A DNA stretch of 64,000 nt from a candidate division FCPU426 bacterium (GCA_963840035.1 CAWIXE010000003.1:453235-517234), one strand, 5' to 3'; shown: positions 49,479 through 59,202, numbered from the stretch's first letter. A program made the numbers and translations. Notes: generated by a model not told the origin, from the letters alone.

Positions 49479-49970
49479 ATGAAAAGATTCGCAATGGTTG
49501 TGTTGTCGGCAATTATGTTGTTTGCTTTTGCTGCGGTTGTTTCGGCTGAAGGCCAGGGAATGGGTATGGGAATGAAAGGCTGTATGCAGGGCGGCATGAT
49601 GATGGGGCCTAAAATGGTGCTTTCAATGGCTTCAGAGCTTAACCTTACGGCTGACCAGATGGAAAAACTGAAAAAAATAACGGATGATATGCCTGAAAAA
49701 GGGTCCATGAAAGACGACATGGGAAAAGACGGCAAGGCCATGAAAGACGAAATGGATAAAGACGCTCCGGACCAGGCAAAGATAGACGCCATGATAGATA
49801 AGATGGCTGAAAAGCATAAGGCTATGATGAAAAAGAAGGTCGCGGTGAAAGTGGCTGTGAATGCGGTTTTGACAAAAGAACAGAAGGAAATATTAAAGAA
49901 GAAGATGGAAGAAAAGATGAAAGACGGGCCGATGGGTAAAGGCTGTAAAATGAAAAAGGGAAATAAATAA
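49479..49970 (+). CDS. Spy/CpxP-family periplasmic protein (Met-rich)
   Basis: Signal peptide; LNLTADQ and LTKEQ (LTxxQ) motifs; RBS aggagg. Confidence 0.82.
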   Translation: MKRFAMVVLSAIMLFAFAAVVSAEGQGMGMGMKGCMQGGMMMGPKMVLSMASELNLTADQMEKLKKITDDMPEKGSMKDDMGKDGKAMKDEMDKDAPDQAKIDAMIDKMAEKHKAMMKKKVAVKVAVNAVLTKEQKEILKKKMEEKMKDGPMGKGCKMKKGNK

Positions 49971-49984
49971 TATAAACGGCAATT

Positions 49985-50016
49985 AAAAGCCCCGGGCTAA
50001 AACCCGGGGCTTTTTT
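49985..50016 (+). terminator. Rho-independent terminator
   Basis: aaaagccccggg-ctaaaa-cccggggctttttt. Confidence 0.85.
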
Positions 50017-50085
50017 ATTTTTCTTGCCTTTGATGGCGTGGGTGATAAAATATAACTGGTAATGAGCAGGGCGGTGGGGTTGCGC

Positions 50086-50154
50086 CCGCCGCAGGATGAT
50101 TTTCTTTATGGATTGCGCAGTAGCGCAGGCCATAAAGAAAATCATCCTGCGGCA
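50086..50154. repeat. Long hairpin sharing a 42-nt core with 29861-29902
   Basis: gccgcaggatgattttctttatgg-attgcgcagtagcgcagg-ccataaagaaaatcatcctgcggc. Confidence 0.85.
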
Positions 50155-50252
50155 GGCGCTAGGTGGAAAGCGGTTGCTGTTAGTTGCTGTAATAATTTCA
50201 CCATTAGCAGCCTGTTCTTCTTTAATGAAGAAAAAAAGCGAGGGCAAGAACA

Positions 50253-51065
50253 ATGATGGTCTCAGTAATGACAAGGGTTTTTAATAATACGCAGATAACC
50301 AGGGAATGCATAGAGAGCGTAAAAAAGAACACTTCGGGCGTTTTGTATGAGCATGTTGTGGTGGATAACGGCTCCACAGACGGCACGCTGGAATATTTAA
50401 AGTCGCTTAAGGGCATAATACTGGTTGATAACGGGAAAAACCTGGGCTGTGCCGGCGGATTAAACAGCGGTATTGCAAAGTGCAAGGGGGATTATATCTG
50501 CAATCTGGACAATGATGTCATAGTATCTAAGAACTGGCTCCTGCCCATGGTTGAGCTTGCCGCAAAGAGGCCGGACATAGGCATAGTCAGCCCGGGAACG
50601 CGCGAAGGCAGGCTGGATTATGATTTTGACGCGTATGCGGAAGATTATAAAAGAAAAATGAAAAATGTCCTGGCTAAGGAGTTCGGCGGCTGGTGCATGC
50701 TTATTAAAAGGGAAGTTATTGATAAAATCGGGCTCTTTTCTCCTGAGTTTAATATGTACTGTGAGGATACTGACTTTTACCTGCGCATGAAGCAGGCGGG
50801 TTTTGAGGCAATAAGGACAGGCGCCTCTTTTGTCCACCACAGGGTAAACGCCACCTTATCCACCATACCTGAGAAGCAGAAAATAGAGCACGAACATGTA
50901 GTGCGGCTCAGGGAAAAATGGAAGATTAAAGAGGACGGGTATATGGCGCGCAAGGCAAAGAGCCTGACGCGGTTCCTGACTAACGCCTATTACACTGTTT
51001 TTTTCGGCCATTTGCCCGTAGAAAAACCCTGGTTAAAAGAAAGAAGAAGGGCAGCGGGTAAATAG
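50253..51065 (+). CDS. Glycosyltransferase family 2
   Basis: VVDNGSTDGT, NLGCAGGLNSG, LDNDV, YCEDTDF. Confidence 0.9.
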   Translation: MMVSVMTRVFNNTQITRECIESVKKNTSGVLYEHVVVDNGSTDGTLEYLKSLKGIILVDNGKNLGCAGGLNSGIAKCKGDYICNLDNDVIVSKNWLLPMVELAAKRPDIGIVSPGTREGRLDYDFDAYAEDYKRKMKNVLAKEFGGWCMLIKREVIDKIGLFSPEFNMYCEDTDFYLRMKQAGFEAIRTGASFVHHRVNATLSTIPEKQKIEHEHVVRLREKWKIKEDGYMARKAKSLTRFLTNAYYTVFFGHLPVEKPWLKERRRAAGK

Positions 51066-51081
51066 CGGTCCGCAGCTGTTT

Positions 51082-51633
51082 TTAGAACGCCAGCGAATAT
51101 CCCGCCGTAAGCTGTATTGACTTCACTTTTTCCCCTTCCGTGCCGAAATAAGGCGTATCATAAAAAACATACGAAGCATCGGCAAATAACGATGACACTT
51201 CATTTTCCGACACTTCGATGGGCACATCCGCGCCGAGGCCGAGCAATACGCTGAATGTCCTTGCGCTTCCCGGCCTGCCTCCGGCAAATACAACGCGGGT
51301 CAATATTTCGTGATTGAAGTATGGCCGTATGAACTTCAGGTCGTTATAAAATACCCTGATTCCAAAGCCAAAACCAACTGTGTTAAGCGTTGAGCCTGTG
51401 AGCTGTGTCTCATACAGGCTTACGATGGAAAGTTCGGTGTTTATAAAATGGGTTTTGGGTGAGACCGGAAAGGAAAAGGATATTTTAGGTGACCAGGAAA
51501 AAGTTCCGGCGCCGGCAATGCCGTTTACCATGGAATAACCGCCTGCCAGGGAAAACCGCAGTTTGTGCGCTGAAGCGCTGATGTTAACAATGAACGCGAG
51601 CAGTAAAGCAGCCAGAAAAAATATCCTTTTCAT
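51082..51633 (-). CDS. Putative outer-membrane beta-barrel protein
   Basis: Signal peptide MKRIFF...; C-terminal AGYSLAF beta-signal; start reassigned to the ATG at 51633. Confidence 0.65.
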   Translation of the reverse strand: MKRIFFLAALLLAFIVNISASAHKLRFSLAGGYSMVNGIAGAGTFSWSPKISFSFPVSPKTHFINTELSIVSLYETQLTGSTLNTVGFGFGIRVFYNDLKFIRPYFNHEILTRVVFAGGRPGSARTFSVLLGLGADVPIEVSENEVSSLFADASYVFYDTPYFGTEGEKVKSIQLTAGYSLAF

Positions 51634-51773
51634 GACACCCCCAGGAGGTCTTTCAAATATAATATCATATATACCTGTAAAAAAACAACATGGACGTACC
51701 CTGAAAAAAAGATGTTTAGGCATCATTGAAGTGGTGGTATAATTAATATGTAAATAAATTCGGGGAGGCATAT

Positions 51774-52610
51774 ATGAAGAGGATTGCTATATTGTTTTCG
51801 TTTTTGTTTTTGGCGGCCGGCTTGATTTTAGCGGAAGGTTCTTTTATTAACAATGACGGCGGCTGGTGCAAAGTAGGCCTGTCTGCAGAGAGCGGTTTTT
51901 TAACAGTGGGGTCGCATAATATACAGTTTGGCAACGCAGGCACCCAGTTTGATTACAAGCAGGAGGGTAAGCAGGATGTGCTTTTTCCGTTCCTGCGCAT
52001 GAGCGCTGAACTCAGGCTGTTTGACGCTCATTCCATAATATTTCTCTATCAGCCTCTTGATATAGTAACTGACGCGGTTACAAAAGAGAACACCGTTTTT
52101 TACAACACCACTTTCGCGGCAGGCACGCCGCTAAATGTACGGTACGGATTTTCATTTTACAGGGCAAGCTACACGTGGTACTTCCTGAAAGACGGGTTCA
52201 ATGAGTTCGGCGCGGGATTATCCATGCAGATAAGGAACGCGTCCATCATATTCAAGGCTGTTGACGGCAGTGCTACAGTCATTAACCAGAATGTAGGGCC
52301 GGTGCCGATACTCAGGATCGCCGGTAAGTACGGGCTTGATAACGGACTTTGGTTTGGCATGGAAGCAGACGGATTTTACGCCTCAAGCTCCTTTTTTAAC
52401 GGGGCAAAGTTCCCGTTTGAAGGGGCCATATGGGACGCTTCAGTCAGGGCGGGGCTGAAACTTAAAAACGGCATTAACCCGTTCATTAATTTCCGATGCC
52501 TTGGCGGCGGAGCCAGGGGTACATCAAAATATGAAGAGGCCCAGGGCGACGGATACACAAGGAACTGGCTGAATACATACAGCGTAACGCTCGGGATACT
52601 GATAGATTAA
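51774..52610 (+). CDS. Putative outer-membrane beta-barrel protein
   Basis: Signal peptide; amphipathic beta strands (FYRASYTWYF). Confidence 0.6.
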   Translation: MKRIAILFSFLFLAAGLILAEGSFINNDGGWCKVGLSAESGFLTVGSHNIQFGNAGTQFDYKQEGKQDVLFPFLRMSAELRLFDAHSIIFLYQPLDIVTDAVTKENTVFYNTTFAAGTPLNVRYGFSFYRASYTWYFLKDGFNEFGAGLSMQIRNASIIFKAVDGSATVINQNVGPVPILRIAGKYGLDNGLWFGMEADGFYASSSFFNGAKFPFEGAIWDASVRAGLKLKNGINPFINFRCLGGGARGTSKYEEAQGDGYTRNWLNTYSVTLGILID

Positions 52611-52622
52611 AGTGCCTTTGAA

Positions 52623-52660
52623 CAAAGGCGGGAAACCTCAAAGGTTCCCGCTTTTGTGTT
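52623..52660 (+). terminator. Rho-independent terminator
   Basis: aaaggcgggaaacc-tcaaa-ggttcccgctttt. Confidence 0.7.
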
Positions 52661-52836
52661 TAAAAACCCGAAAACTTGCTATATGGCCTTTTCAGGTGTA
52701 TAATTGTTATAAGGGCTACGGTGAGTAAATATAAACCCCCGCAAAAACAACCCCTTGGATTATCTTGACGCTTTTAGAATATACCAACCTTGTATATAGC
52801 CACTCTAAAGGAACAGGACAATAGGAAGAAGGATAT

Positions 52837-54321
52837 ATGAAAGTGTTAATGGTCTACCCGGAATACCCCGCCACGTTCTGGAGCTTAAGGCACGCGCTCC
52901 CGTTCATCGGAAAAAAAGCCACTTTGCCGCCCCTTGGGCTGCTTACCCTCTCATCCATGCTGCCTGCAAGCTGGGAGAAAAAGCTTGTGGACATGAACAC
53001 GCAGAAGCTTGATGATAAGGACATACTTTGGGCTGACTCTGTTTTTGTAAGCGGAATGATAGTGCAGAAAAAATCCGCGCAGGAAGTATTAAACAGGGCA
53101 AAGGCCCTGGGAAAACATACGGTTGCCGGAGGCCCGCTGTTTACCACCGGCTTCAGGGAATTCTACAATGTGGATACTTTTGTCCTTCACGAGGGGGAAT
53201 CCACGGTCCCGCTTTTCGTCCGCGACATGGAAAACAACAATCCCGCCAGGATATACGCCTCAGGCGAAAGGCCGGACATATCACAAACACCGGTGCCTGA
53301 CTGGAAACTTCTCAATAAAAAATACTACGGCTCCATGGCCATGCAGATTTCCAGGGGCTGCCCGTTTAAATGCGAGTTCTGCGATGTTATTGTAATAAAC
53401 GGAAGGAACCCGAGGGTCAAGACCCCGGAGCAGGTAATAAACGAGCTCAATGCCATATATGATTACGGCTGGAGGGGCAACCTGTTTATTGTTGACGATA
53501 ATTTCATCGGCAACAAGGCAAAGGTAAAGGAAATCTTGAAGGCCATCGGAGGCTGGATGAAAGACAGGAAAAATCCATTCACGCTCTATACTGAGGCGTC
53601 GATAAACCTGGCGGATGACCAGGAACTCATGGACCTCATGAGGGTTGCCAACTTTAATTCAGTGTTTGTCGGCATTGAGACGCCGAGCGAAGAATCGCTG
53701 CAGTCATGCGGCAAGGTTCAGAATACAGGCAAGGACCTCGCGGAAAAGGTAAAGATACTGCAGAGGAACGGCCTGCAGGTGCAGGCAGGTTTTATTGTCG
53801 GGTTTGACACGGACACAAGCCGCATCTTTGAGGACATGGTAAAGTTCATACAAAAAAGCGGTATTGTCACTGCCATGGTGGGGTTATTAAACGCCCTGCC
53901 TGAGACGCAGCTGTATAAGCGCTTAAGCACCGAAGGACGGCTCCTTAAAAAACAGACGGCCGGCGACAACACGGACTTTACGCTGAATTTCATGCCGAAG
54001 ATGGACCCGGCAAAACTGGTGGAAGGATACAGGAAGGTTTTAAACTCGATTTTCGGGGAAAAACATTATTATGAAAGGATCATTACCTTTTTGAAGGAGT
54101 ATAAGCTCACAGCCATATCCACGAAGATGAACTTTTTCGTAAAGCTGAAGGCAGTGACGTCGGCATTCTGGTCCATGGGAGTCAGGGAAAAGGGACGGAA
54201 GTATTTCTGGAGGATGATGCTCTGGACGCTTTTTAAAAAACCGGCGCTGCTTACGGAAGCCATAACACTTTCCATTTACGGTTTTCATTACAGGATGGTT
54301 TTGACAAGCGCGGCAATTTGA
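52837..54321 (+). CDS. B12-binding domain radical SAM protein (DUF4070-type)
   Basis: PPLGLLT, SRGCPFKCEFC, VDDNFIGN, GFIVGFD. Confidence 0.9.
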   Translation: MKVLMVYPEYPATFWSLRHALPFIGKKATLPPLGLLTLSSMLPASWEKKLVDMNTQKLDDKDILWADSVFVSGMIVQKKSAQEVLNRAKALGKHTVAGGPLFTTGFREFYNVDTFVLHEGESTVPLFVRDMENNNPARIYASGERPDISQTPVPDWKLLNKKYYGSMAMQISRGCPFKCEFCDVIVINGRNPRVKTPEQVINELNAIYDYGWRGNLFIVDDNFIGNKAKVKEILKAIGGWMKDRKNPFTLYTEASINLADDQELMDLMRVANFNSVFVGIETPSEESLQSCGKVQNTGKDLAEKVKILQRNGLQVQAGFIVGFDTDTSRIFEDMVKFIQKSGIVTAMVGLLNALPETQLYKRLSTEGRLLKKQTAGDNTDFTLNFMPKMDPAKLVEGYRKVLNSIFGEKHYYERIITFLKEYKLTAISTKMNFFVKLKAVTSAFWSMGVREKGRKYFWRMMLWTLFKKPALLTEAITLSIYGFHYRMVLTSAAI

Positions 54322-54384
54322 TTTTTCGGGATTTTGGGGTATAATGTTTACATAGGGATATACATTAATTAAACGGGAGGATCC

Positions 54385-54843
54385 ATGAAAAATTTTGTAA
54401 GGCGTATTCTTATTTTTGCGTTGTTCCTGCTTTCGCTCGGCGGTTTCCTCATGCATTACCTGTACCATCCGCTTTCAAGGGGCGTGTTCGCGTATGTGCC
54501 GTTAATCTCGGGGCTCATAAGCGTAATTGCCATACCGTTACTTTTTGAATTCAGGAAAACCCTGCACCTGGCTTATCTTCTTAACGGATACACATGCATA
54601 ATAGGGTTCATAACCATGGCGCACTTTTCACTTGCCAAAGCCCCGATAATACCGGACCTGATAATGGTGGCAGCCAAGTTCTTCGTAGGATGGTCCATAT
54701 TCGCGGTGACTGTTTATTCGCTGGAAGGCGAGGCGAGGAATACCGGATGGCGCACCATCCGCTACCCGAACCTTGGCTTCTGGTTTGTGCATCTGCTCGC
54801 GCTGTCGCTGGTATACTGGCTCGGCCATACTTTCTGGAGGTAA
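54385..54843 (+). CDS. Hypothetical membrane protein with several TM histidines
   Basis: About 5 hydrophobic segments; H..HP, MAHF and H-x10-GH motifs; RBS ggagg. Confidence 0.7.
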   Translation: MKNFVRRILIFALFLLSLGGFLMHYLYHPLSRGVFAYVPLISGLISVIAIPLLFEFRKTLHLAYLLNGYTCIIGFITMAHFSLAKAPIIPDLIMVAAKFFVGWSIFAVTVYSLEGEARNTGWRTIRYPNLGFWFVHLLALSLVYWLGHTFWR

Positions 54844-54845
54844 AA

Positions 54846-54941
54846 ATGGATAAAATAAAACTCTTTAAACCGCTCTGGTGGGCCCTTCATGTGGCGGCCA
54901 TATCTTTTGTGTTCTGGCTGGGCCATTTTGTGAGGTTTTAG
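54846..54941 (+). CDS. 31-aa single-TM peptide resembling the C-terminal helix of the upstream protein
   Basis: MDKIKLFKPLWWALHVAAISFVFWLGHFVRF; RBS ggagg at 54836. Confidence 0.65.
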   Translation: MDKIKLFKPLWWALHVAAISFVFWLGHFVRF

Positions 54942-55151
54942 CCTTAAAACAGGGTAGAACCGCATAGACAAGCGATAAGGAGGCGTACTGCGTACGCCTC
55001 CTTTATATTTCATGGTAATAATTGCGTTGTTTTATGTTGACAATTGCCCCGGATTAAGTTAATTTATTATCCGCATTAATCATCCCTTAATTATTGTGTT
55101 TTAAGGGCAAGTTATTATACTGTTCATAAAAAGTGATTACAGATGAAAAGT

Positions 55152-55237
55152 GGGGAGATTCCAGAGTGGCCAAATGGGGCAGACTGTAAATCTGTTGGCT
55201 TATGCCTTCGATGGTTCGAATCCATCCCTCCCCACCA
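55152..55237 (+). tRNA. tRNA-Tyr(GTA)
   Basis: ggggagattccagagtggccaaatggggcagactGTAaatctg, long variable arm, ggttcgaatcc...aCCA. Confidence 0.96.
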
Positions 55238-55371
55238 TTTTTCCTCTTTAGAGGAAAAATGGAGAGCAGCCGAGCATTCGATAGCCGAACAAATAATACT
55301 AATAACGGCTGCGGTCGGCTGATCGGCTGTTCGGATATCGAAGAACTATATGAACTAATACGTAAATTATT

Positions 55372-55447
<76 letters not shown>

Positions 55448-55459
55448 GAAAACGACATT

Positions 55460-55535
55460 GCGGGAGTAGCTCAGTTGGTAGAGCGCTAGCCTTCCAAGCT
55501 GGATGTCGCCGGTTCGAACCCGGTCTCCCGCTCCA
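55460..55535 (+). tRNA. tRNA-Gly(TCC), intact
   Basis: gcgggagtagctcagttggtagagcgctagcctTCCaagctggatgtcgccggttcgaacccggtctcccgctCCA. Confidence 0.97.
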
Positions 55536-55630
55536 AATAAAAAAGGCCCCTGAAAGGGGCCGTTTTTATTTGGAGCACTTTCTCCTTACCCTTACTCCTC
55601 ACCCTTAAAGGCAGGCCTTGTTGTCCCCGT

Positions 55631-55789
55631 ACGGGAGTAGCTCAGCTGGTGCCGGCAGTAGCCGGCAAGATGTAAGGTGGATGGATCATTAATTATAATT
55701 TGCTCGCATTTAGCTCGCAATGGCATCTCAGAGCGCCGGACAGCCTTCCAAGCTGGATGTCGCCGGTTCGAACCCGGTCTCCCGCTCCA
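55631..55789 (+). pseudogene. tRNA-Gly(TCC) copy with 79-nt D-loop insert (55651-55729), G1>A, and 4 extra nt before the anticodon stem
   Basis: 5' 20 nt and 3' part match the intact gene; functional status unknown. Confidence 0.85.
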
Positions 55790-55891
55790 AATAAAAAGCC
55801 GGTCCGAAAGGACCGGTTTTTTTATTTGGAGCCTAGTATCGGCACAAGCTTCGTCAAATCCTCAAGTCCTGAAAAGAAAATCACCGCTAAA

Positions 55892-55996
55892 AGGCGAAAG
55901 CCGACGGTCAATTTTCGATTCTCGATTCTCGGACTTGGTTTTAAACCTCGAAAATCGATAATCGAAAATTGATCAGCAAGCTTGGAAGGTTATTAT
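55892..55996 (+). repeat. Heptamer (CGATTYT) inverted-repeat element in the array spacer (second copy at 56267-56371)
   Basis: caattttcgattctcgattctcg...cgaaaatcgataatcgaaaattg. Confidence 0.9.
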
Positions 55997-56010
55997 ATAA
56001 AAGCCTCCAT

Positions 56011-56164
56011 ACGGGAGTAGCTCAGCCGGTGCCGGCAGTAGCCGGCAAGATGTAAGGTGGATGAATCATTAATTATAATTTGCTCGCTAAAGCTCGCAAT
56101 GGCATCTCAGAGCGCTAGCCTTCCAAGCTGGATGTCGCCGGTTCGAACCCGGTCTCCCGCTCCA
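56011..56164 (+). pseudogene. tRNA-Gly(TCC) copy with 78-nt D-loop insert (56031-56108), G1>A
   Basis: 3' part from A21 onward is identical to the intact tRNA-Gly; functional status unknown. Confidence 0.85.
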
Positions 56165-56385
56165 AATAAAAAGCCGGTCCGAAAGGACCGGTTTTTTTAT
56201 TTGGAGCCTAGTATCGGCACAAGCTTCGTCAAATCCTCAAGTCCTGAAAAGAAAATCACCGCTAAAAGGCGAAAGCCGACGGTCAATTTTCGATTCTCGA
56301 TTCTCGGACTTGGTTTTAAACCTCGAAAATCGATAATCGAAAATTGATCAGCAAGCTTGGAAGGTTATTATATAAAAGCCTCCGT

Positions 56386-56544
56386 ACGGGAGTAGCTCAG
56401 CCGGTGCCGGCGGTAGCCGGCAAGATGTAAGGTGGATGGAGCATTAATTATAATTTGCTCGCATTTAGCTCGCAATGGCATCTCAGAGCGCTGGACAGCC
56501 TTCCAAGCTGGATGTCGCCGGTTCGAACCCGGTCTCCCGCTCCA
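56386..56544 (+). pseudogene. tRNA-Gly(TCC) copy with 79-nt D-loop insert (56406-56484), G1>A, +GGAC
   Basis: As for the copy at 55631; followed by the same terminator as the intact gene. Confidence 0.85.
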
Positions 56545-56743
56545 AATAAAAAAGGCCCCTGAAAGGGGCCGTTTTTATTTGGAGCACTTTCTCCTTACCC
56601 CTAAAGGCAGGCAATTTAAACGCAGGATGAAGTAGTAAGGGTTAAGGAGTAGGCCGTTGAGGGGTATTGTCCGCAGGCGAATTTGCCTTAATCCGTATAT
56701 TGGTCCTTATATTCACGCCTGGGGAAGCAGCTCAGCAGTCAGC

Positions 56744-56944
56744 GATATTGTCAAGAATTGTGTGTAAATTGTTTTGTTCTTTTTTCCCTCTCCCCTTGGG
56801 AGAGGGTAGGGTGAGGGGAATAAGACAATTGGTTTCACCTCACCCCAGCCCCTCTCCTAAGAGGAGAGGGGGAGCAGTGGTAGAAGAAAATTAACACGTT
56901 TAATATAAGCAAACATGAATTTACACACGATTATATACAATATC
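56744..56944. mobile_element. 201-bp MITE with IS256-like terminal inverted repeats
   Basis: Ends gatattgtcaagaattgtgtgtaaatt / aatttacacacgattatatacaatatc; 8-bp flanking direct repeat cagtcagc. Confidence 0.85.
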
Positions 56945-56952
56945 CAGTCAGC

Positions 56953-57153
56953 GATATTGTCAAGAATTGTGTGTAAATTGTTTTGTTCTTTTTTCCCTCT
57001 CCCCTTGGGAGAGGGTAGGGTGAGGGGAATAAGACAATTGGTTTTACCTCACCCCAGCCCCTCTCCTAAGAGGAGAGGGGGAGCAGTGGTAGAAGAAAAT
57101 TAACACGTTTAATATAAGCAAACATGAATTTACACACGATTATATACAATAAC
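56953..57153. mobile_element. 201-bp MITE, tandem copy
   Basis: Nearly identical to 56744-56944; flanked by 9-bp ccagtcagc. Confidence 0.85.
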
Positions 57154-57330
57154 CCAGTCAGCAGGCGTCTTGACATTCGGGATTTATGGGGTATAATGTA
57201 TATATGAAAGCGTTTTGAAACAGCTTGGTCAGGTTATAACCCTCCGGCTATATTTCATGCGCAAGGCAGACTGAATAGAATCCATGCTTATACGGGGCTT
57301 ACCCGTACAGGCCCAAAACGAGGAAGAATC

Positions 57331-58038
57331 ATGTTAATGCTCATAGGAAAAAACACGCGCCAATTCCTGCTTGCCATAGGCATATTCATGATTATTTCAG
57401 GTATTTCATCCCTTATTTTGCCTGACTTAACCGGGGTTGATAAGGGTATAACCATAAAAATAAATAATAAAAAAAAGGTGACGGAAAAGTACGTGTCGCC
57501 GTATTCTGACGGCTTTGTATTTTCCGACAGGCTTCCGAAACATGTCACCGGGGCCATAATCACATCCGAGGACGAGGATTTCTACAGGCATAACGGCATA
57601 AGCTTAAACGAGATATATGATGCGGCGGTATATGACATAAGCCACAGGACATTAAAGTGCGGGGGAAGCACCATAACCCAGCAGCTGGTAAAGAATTCAT
57701 TTCTTTCAAATAAAAGGACTTTCAGCAGGAAGATAGTCGAGGCAATAACGGCGATAAGGCTTGAAAAGAGGATGAACAAAAAGCAGATACTTGATTACTA
57801 TCTGAACATTGTCGAGTTCGGCGATGGAATATACGGCATAAGACAGGCTTCGAAATATTATTTCGGAAAGTCGCCTGAGAAACTCACGCCCAGGGAGGCG
57901 GCCATGCTTGCTGTCATCATGCCCAAGCCAAAGGCCCGCGGGAAAGCCCTTGAAGAGAACGGCAGCGAAGATTTCCAGAAGCGCAGGGTGGCAAGGCTGC
58001 TATACAGGATGAAAGAGAATGGATATATAAAGAGTTAG
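57331..58038 (+). CDS. mtgA: Monofunctional peptidoglycan transglycosylase (GT51)
   Basis: SEDEDFYRHNG, GGSTITQQLVKN, RKIVE, YLNIVEFG. Confidence 0.85.
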   Translation: MLMLIGKNTRQFLLAIGIFMIISGISSLILPDLTGVDKGITIKINNKKKVTEKYVSPYSDGFVFSDRLPKHVTGAIITSEDEDFYRHNGISLNEIYDAAVYDISHRTLKCGGSTITQQLVKNSFLSNKRTFSRKIVEAITAIRLEKRMNKKQILDYYLNIVEFGDGIYGIRQASKYYFGKSPEKLTPREAAMLAVIMPKPKARGKALEENGSEDFQKRRVARLLYRMKENGYIKS

Positions 58039-58164
58039 CCGTTGTAAGCCGGAAGCCGGAAGAAATCATAAAACACAAAAACTAAGGTTGTCCCTTTTTT
58101 TATTTTTTGTGTTATATTTATTTCTGGCTTCCGGCTTATTGCTTAAAACTTGACAGGGGGTAAT

Positions 58165-58923
58165 ATGAAAAAAATCAAACCGGTTGTACTTATCACAGGC
58201 GGAGCGCAGGGCATCGGCATGTGCATGGCTGAAGTGTTCTTAAGGCGGGGTTACAGGGCGGCCATTGCAGACCCTGATAAAGAAGCGGGCGAGGAATTAA
58301 AAACATCGCTGAAAGCGGGAAGGGATTTTCTTTACGTCCCTGCTGACGTATCGGAGGAAAAGGACTGCGCGAAATTTGTGCGTGCGGCCGCAAAGCAATT
58401 CGGCAGGATCGACCTACTGATCAATAATGCGGGAATAGGCATCAATAAACGCGTTACAGAACTGACGCTGAATGAGTGGAACAGGGTTATCGGCACTAAC
58501 CTGACAGGGGCGTTCTTATGCTCCAAATACGCGGTGCCGTTCCTTGCTAAAGTAAAAGGTTCGATAATTAATATGGCATCAACAAGGTCCATAATGTCCG
58601 AAAAGGATACGGAAGCCTATTCCGCCTCAAAAGGAGGAATACTCGCCTTAACCCACGCCATGGCAGTGAGCCTGGGGCCGGACATACGCGTGAACTGTAT
58701 CAGTCCGGGATGGATAGAGGTTTCAAACTGGAGGAAAAAGTCGGCCAGGAAAACACCAATCCATACTGCGGCGGATATAAATCAGCACCCGGCGGGAAGG
58801 GTTGGCAATCCATACGACATAGCGGAACTGGCGATTTTCCTCGCCTCAGATAAGGCCGGTTTTATAACGGGGCAGAACTACGTTGTGGACGGAGGGATGA
58901 CGAAGAAGATGATTTACGTTTAG
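58165..58923 (+). CDS. Short-chain dehydrogenase/reductase
   Basis: TGGAQGIG, NNAG, YSASK, RVNCISPG. Confidence 0.92.
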   Translation: MKKIKPVVLITGGAQGIGMCMAEVFLRRGYRAAIADPDKEAGEELKTSLKAGRDFLYVPADVSEEKDCAKFVRAAAKQFGRIDLLINNAGIGINKRVTELTLNEWNRVIGTNLTGAFLCSKYAVPFLAKVKGSIINMASTRSIMSEKDTEAYSASKGGILALTHAMAVSLGPDIRVNCISPGWIEVSNWRKKSARKTPIHTAADINQHPAGRVGNPYDIAELAIFLASDKAGFITGQNYVVDGGMTKKMIYV

Positions 58924-59000
58924 ATATGAAAACGTGCGGGATAAAGCGTGCTGTGAATCATATTCGCCGCACTTGGCACTTTGCACCCGCCACATACCAC

Positions 59001-59202
59001 GATATTGTCAAGAATTGTGTGTAAATTGTTTTGTTCTTTTTTCCCTCTCCCCTTGGGAGAGGGTAGGGTGAGGGGAATAAGACAATTGGTTTCACCTCAC
59101 CCCAGCCCCTCTCCTAAGAGGAGAGGGGGGAGCAGTGGTAGAAGAAAATTAACACGCTTAATATAAGCAAATATGAATTTACACACGATTATATACAATA
59201 AC
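59001..59202. mobile_element. 202-bp MITE, dispersed copy
   Basis: Same element; flanked by 8-bp direct repeat cataccac (58993-59000 and 59203-59210). Confidence 0.88.

Noticed and set aside
55651..55729. Group I intron, canonical BHB intron or HDV-like (theta) ribozyme as the identity of the insert
   Set aside because: Far too short for group I and lacks a terminal G; I could not draw a clean bulge-helix-bulge at the junctions; the GCCGGC pair is a simple tetraloop hairpin rather than an HDV nested pseudoknot. Not formally excluded without covariance-model searches.
55460..56600. CRISPR array
   Set aside because: Repeats are whole tRNA-derived units of about 375 bp with near-identical spacers; no 25-45 bp repeat/unique-spacer pattern and no cas genes in the window.
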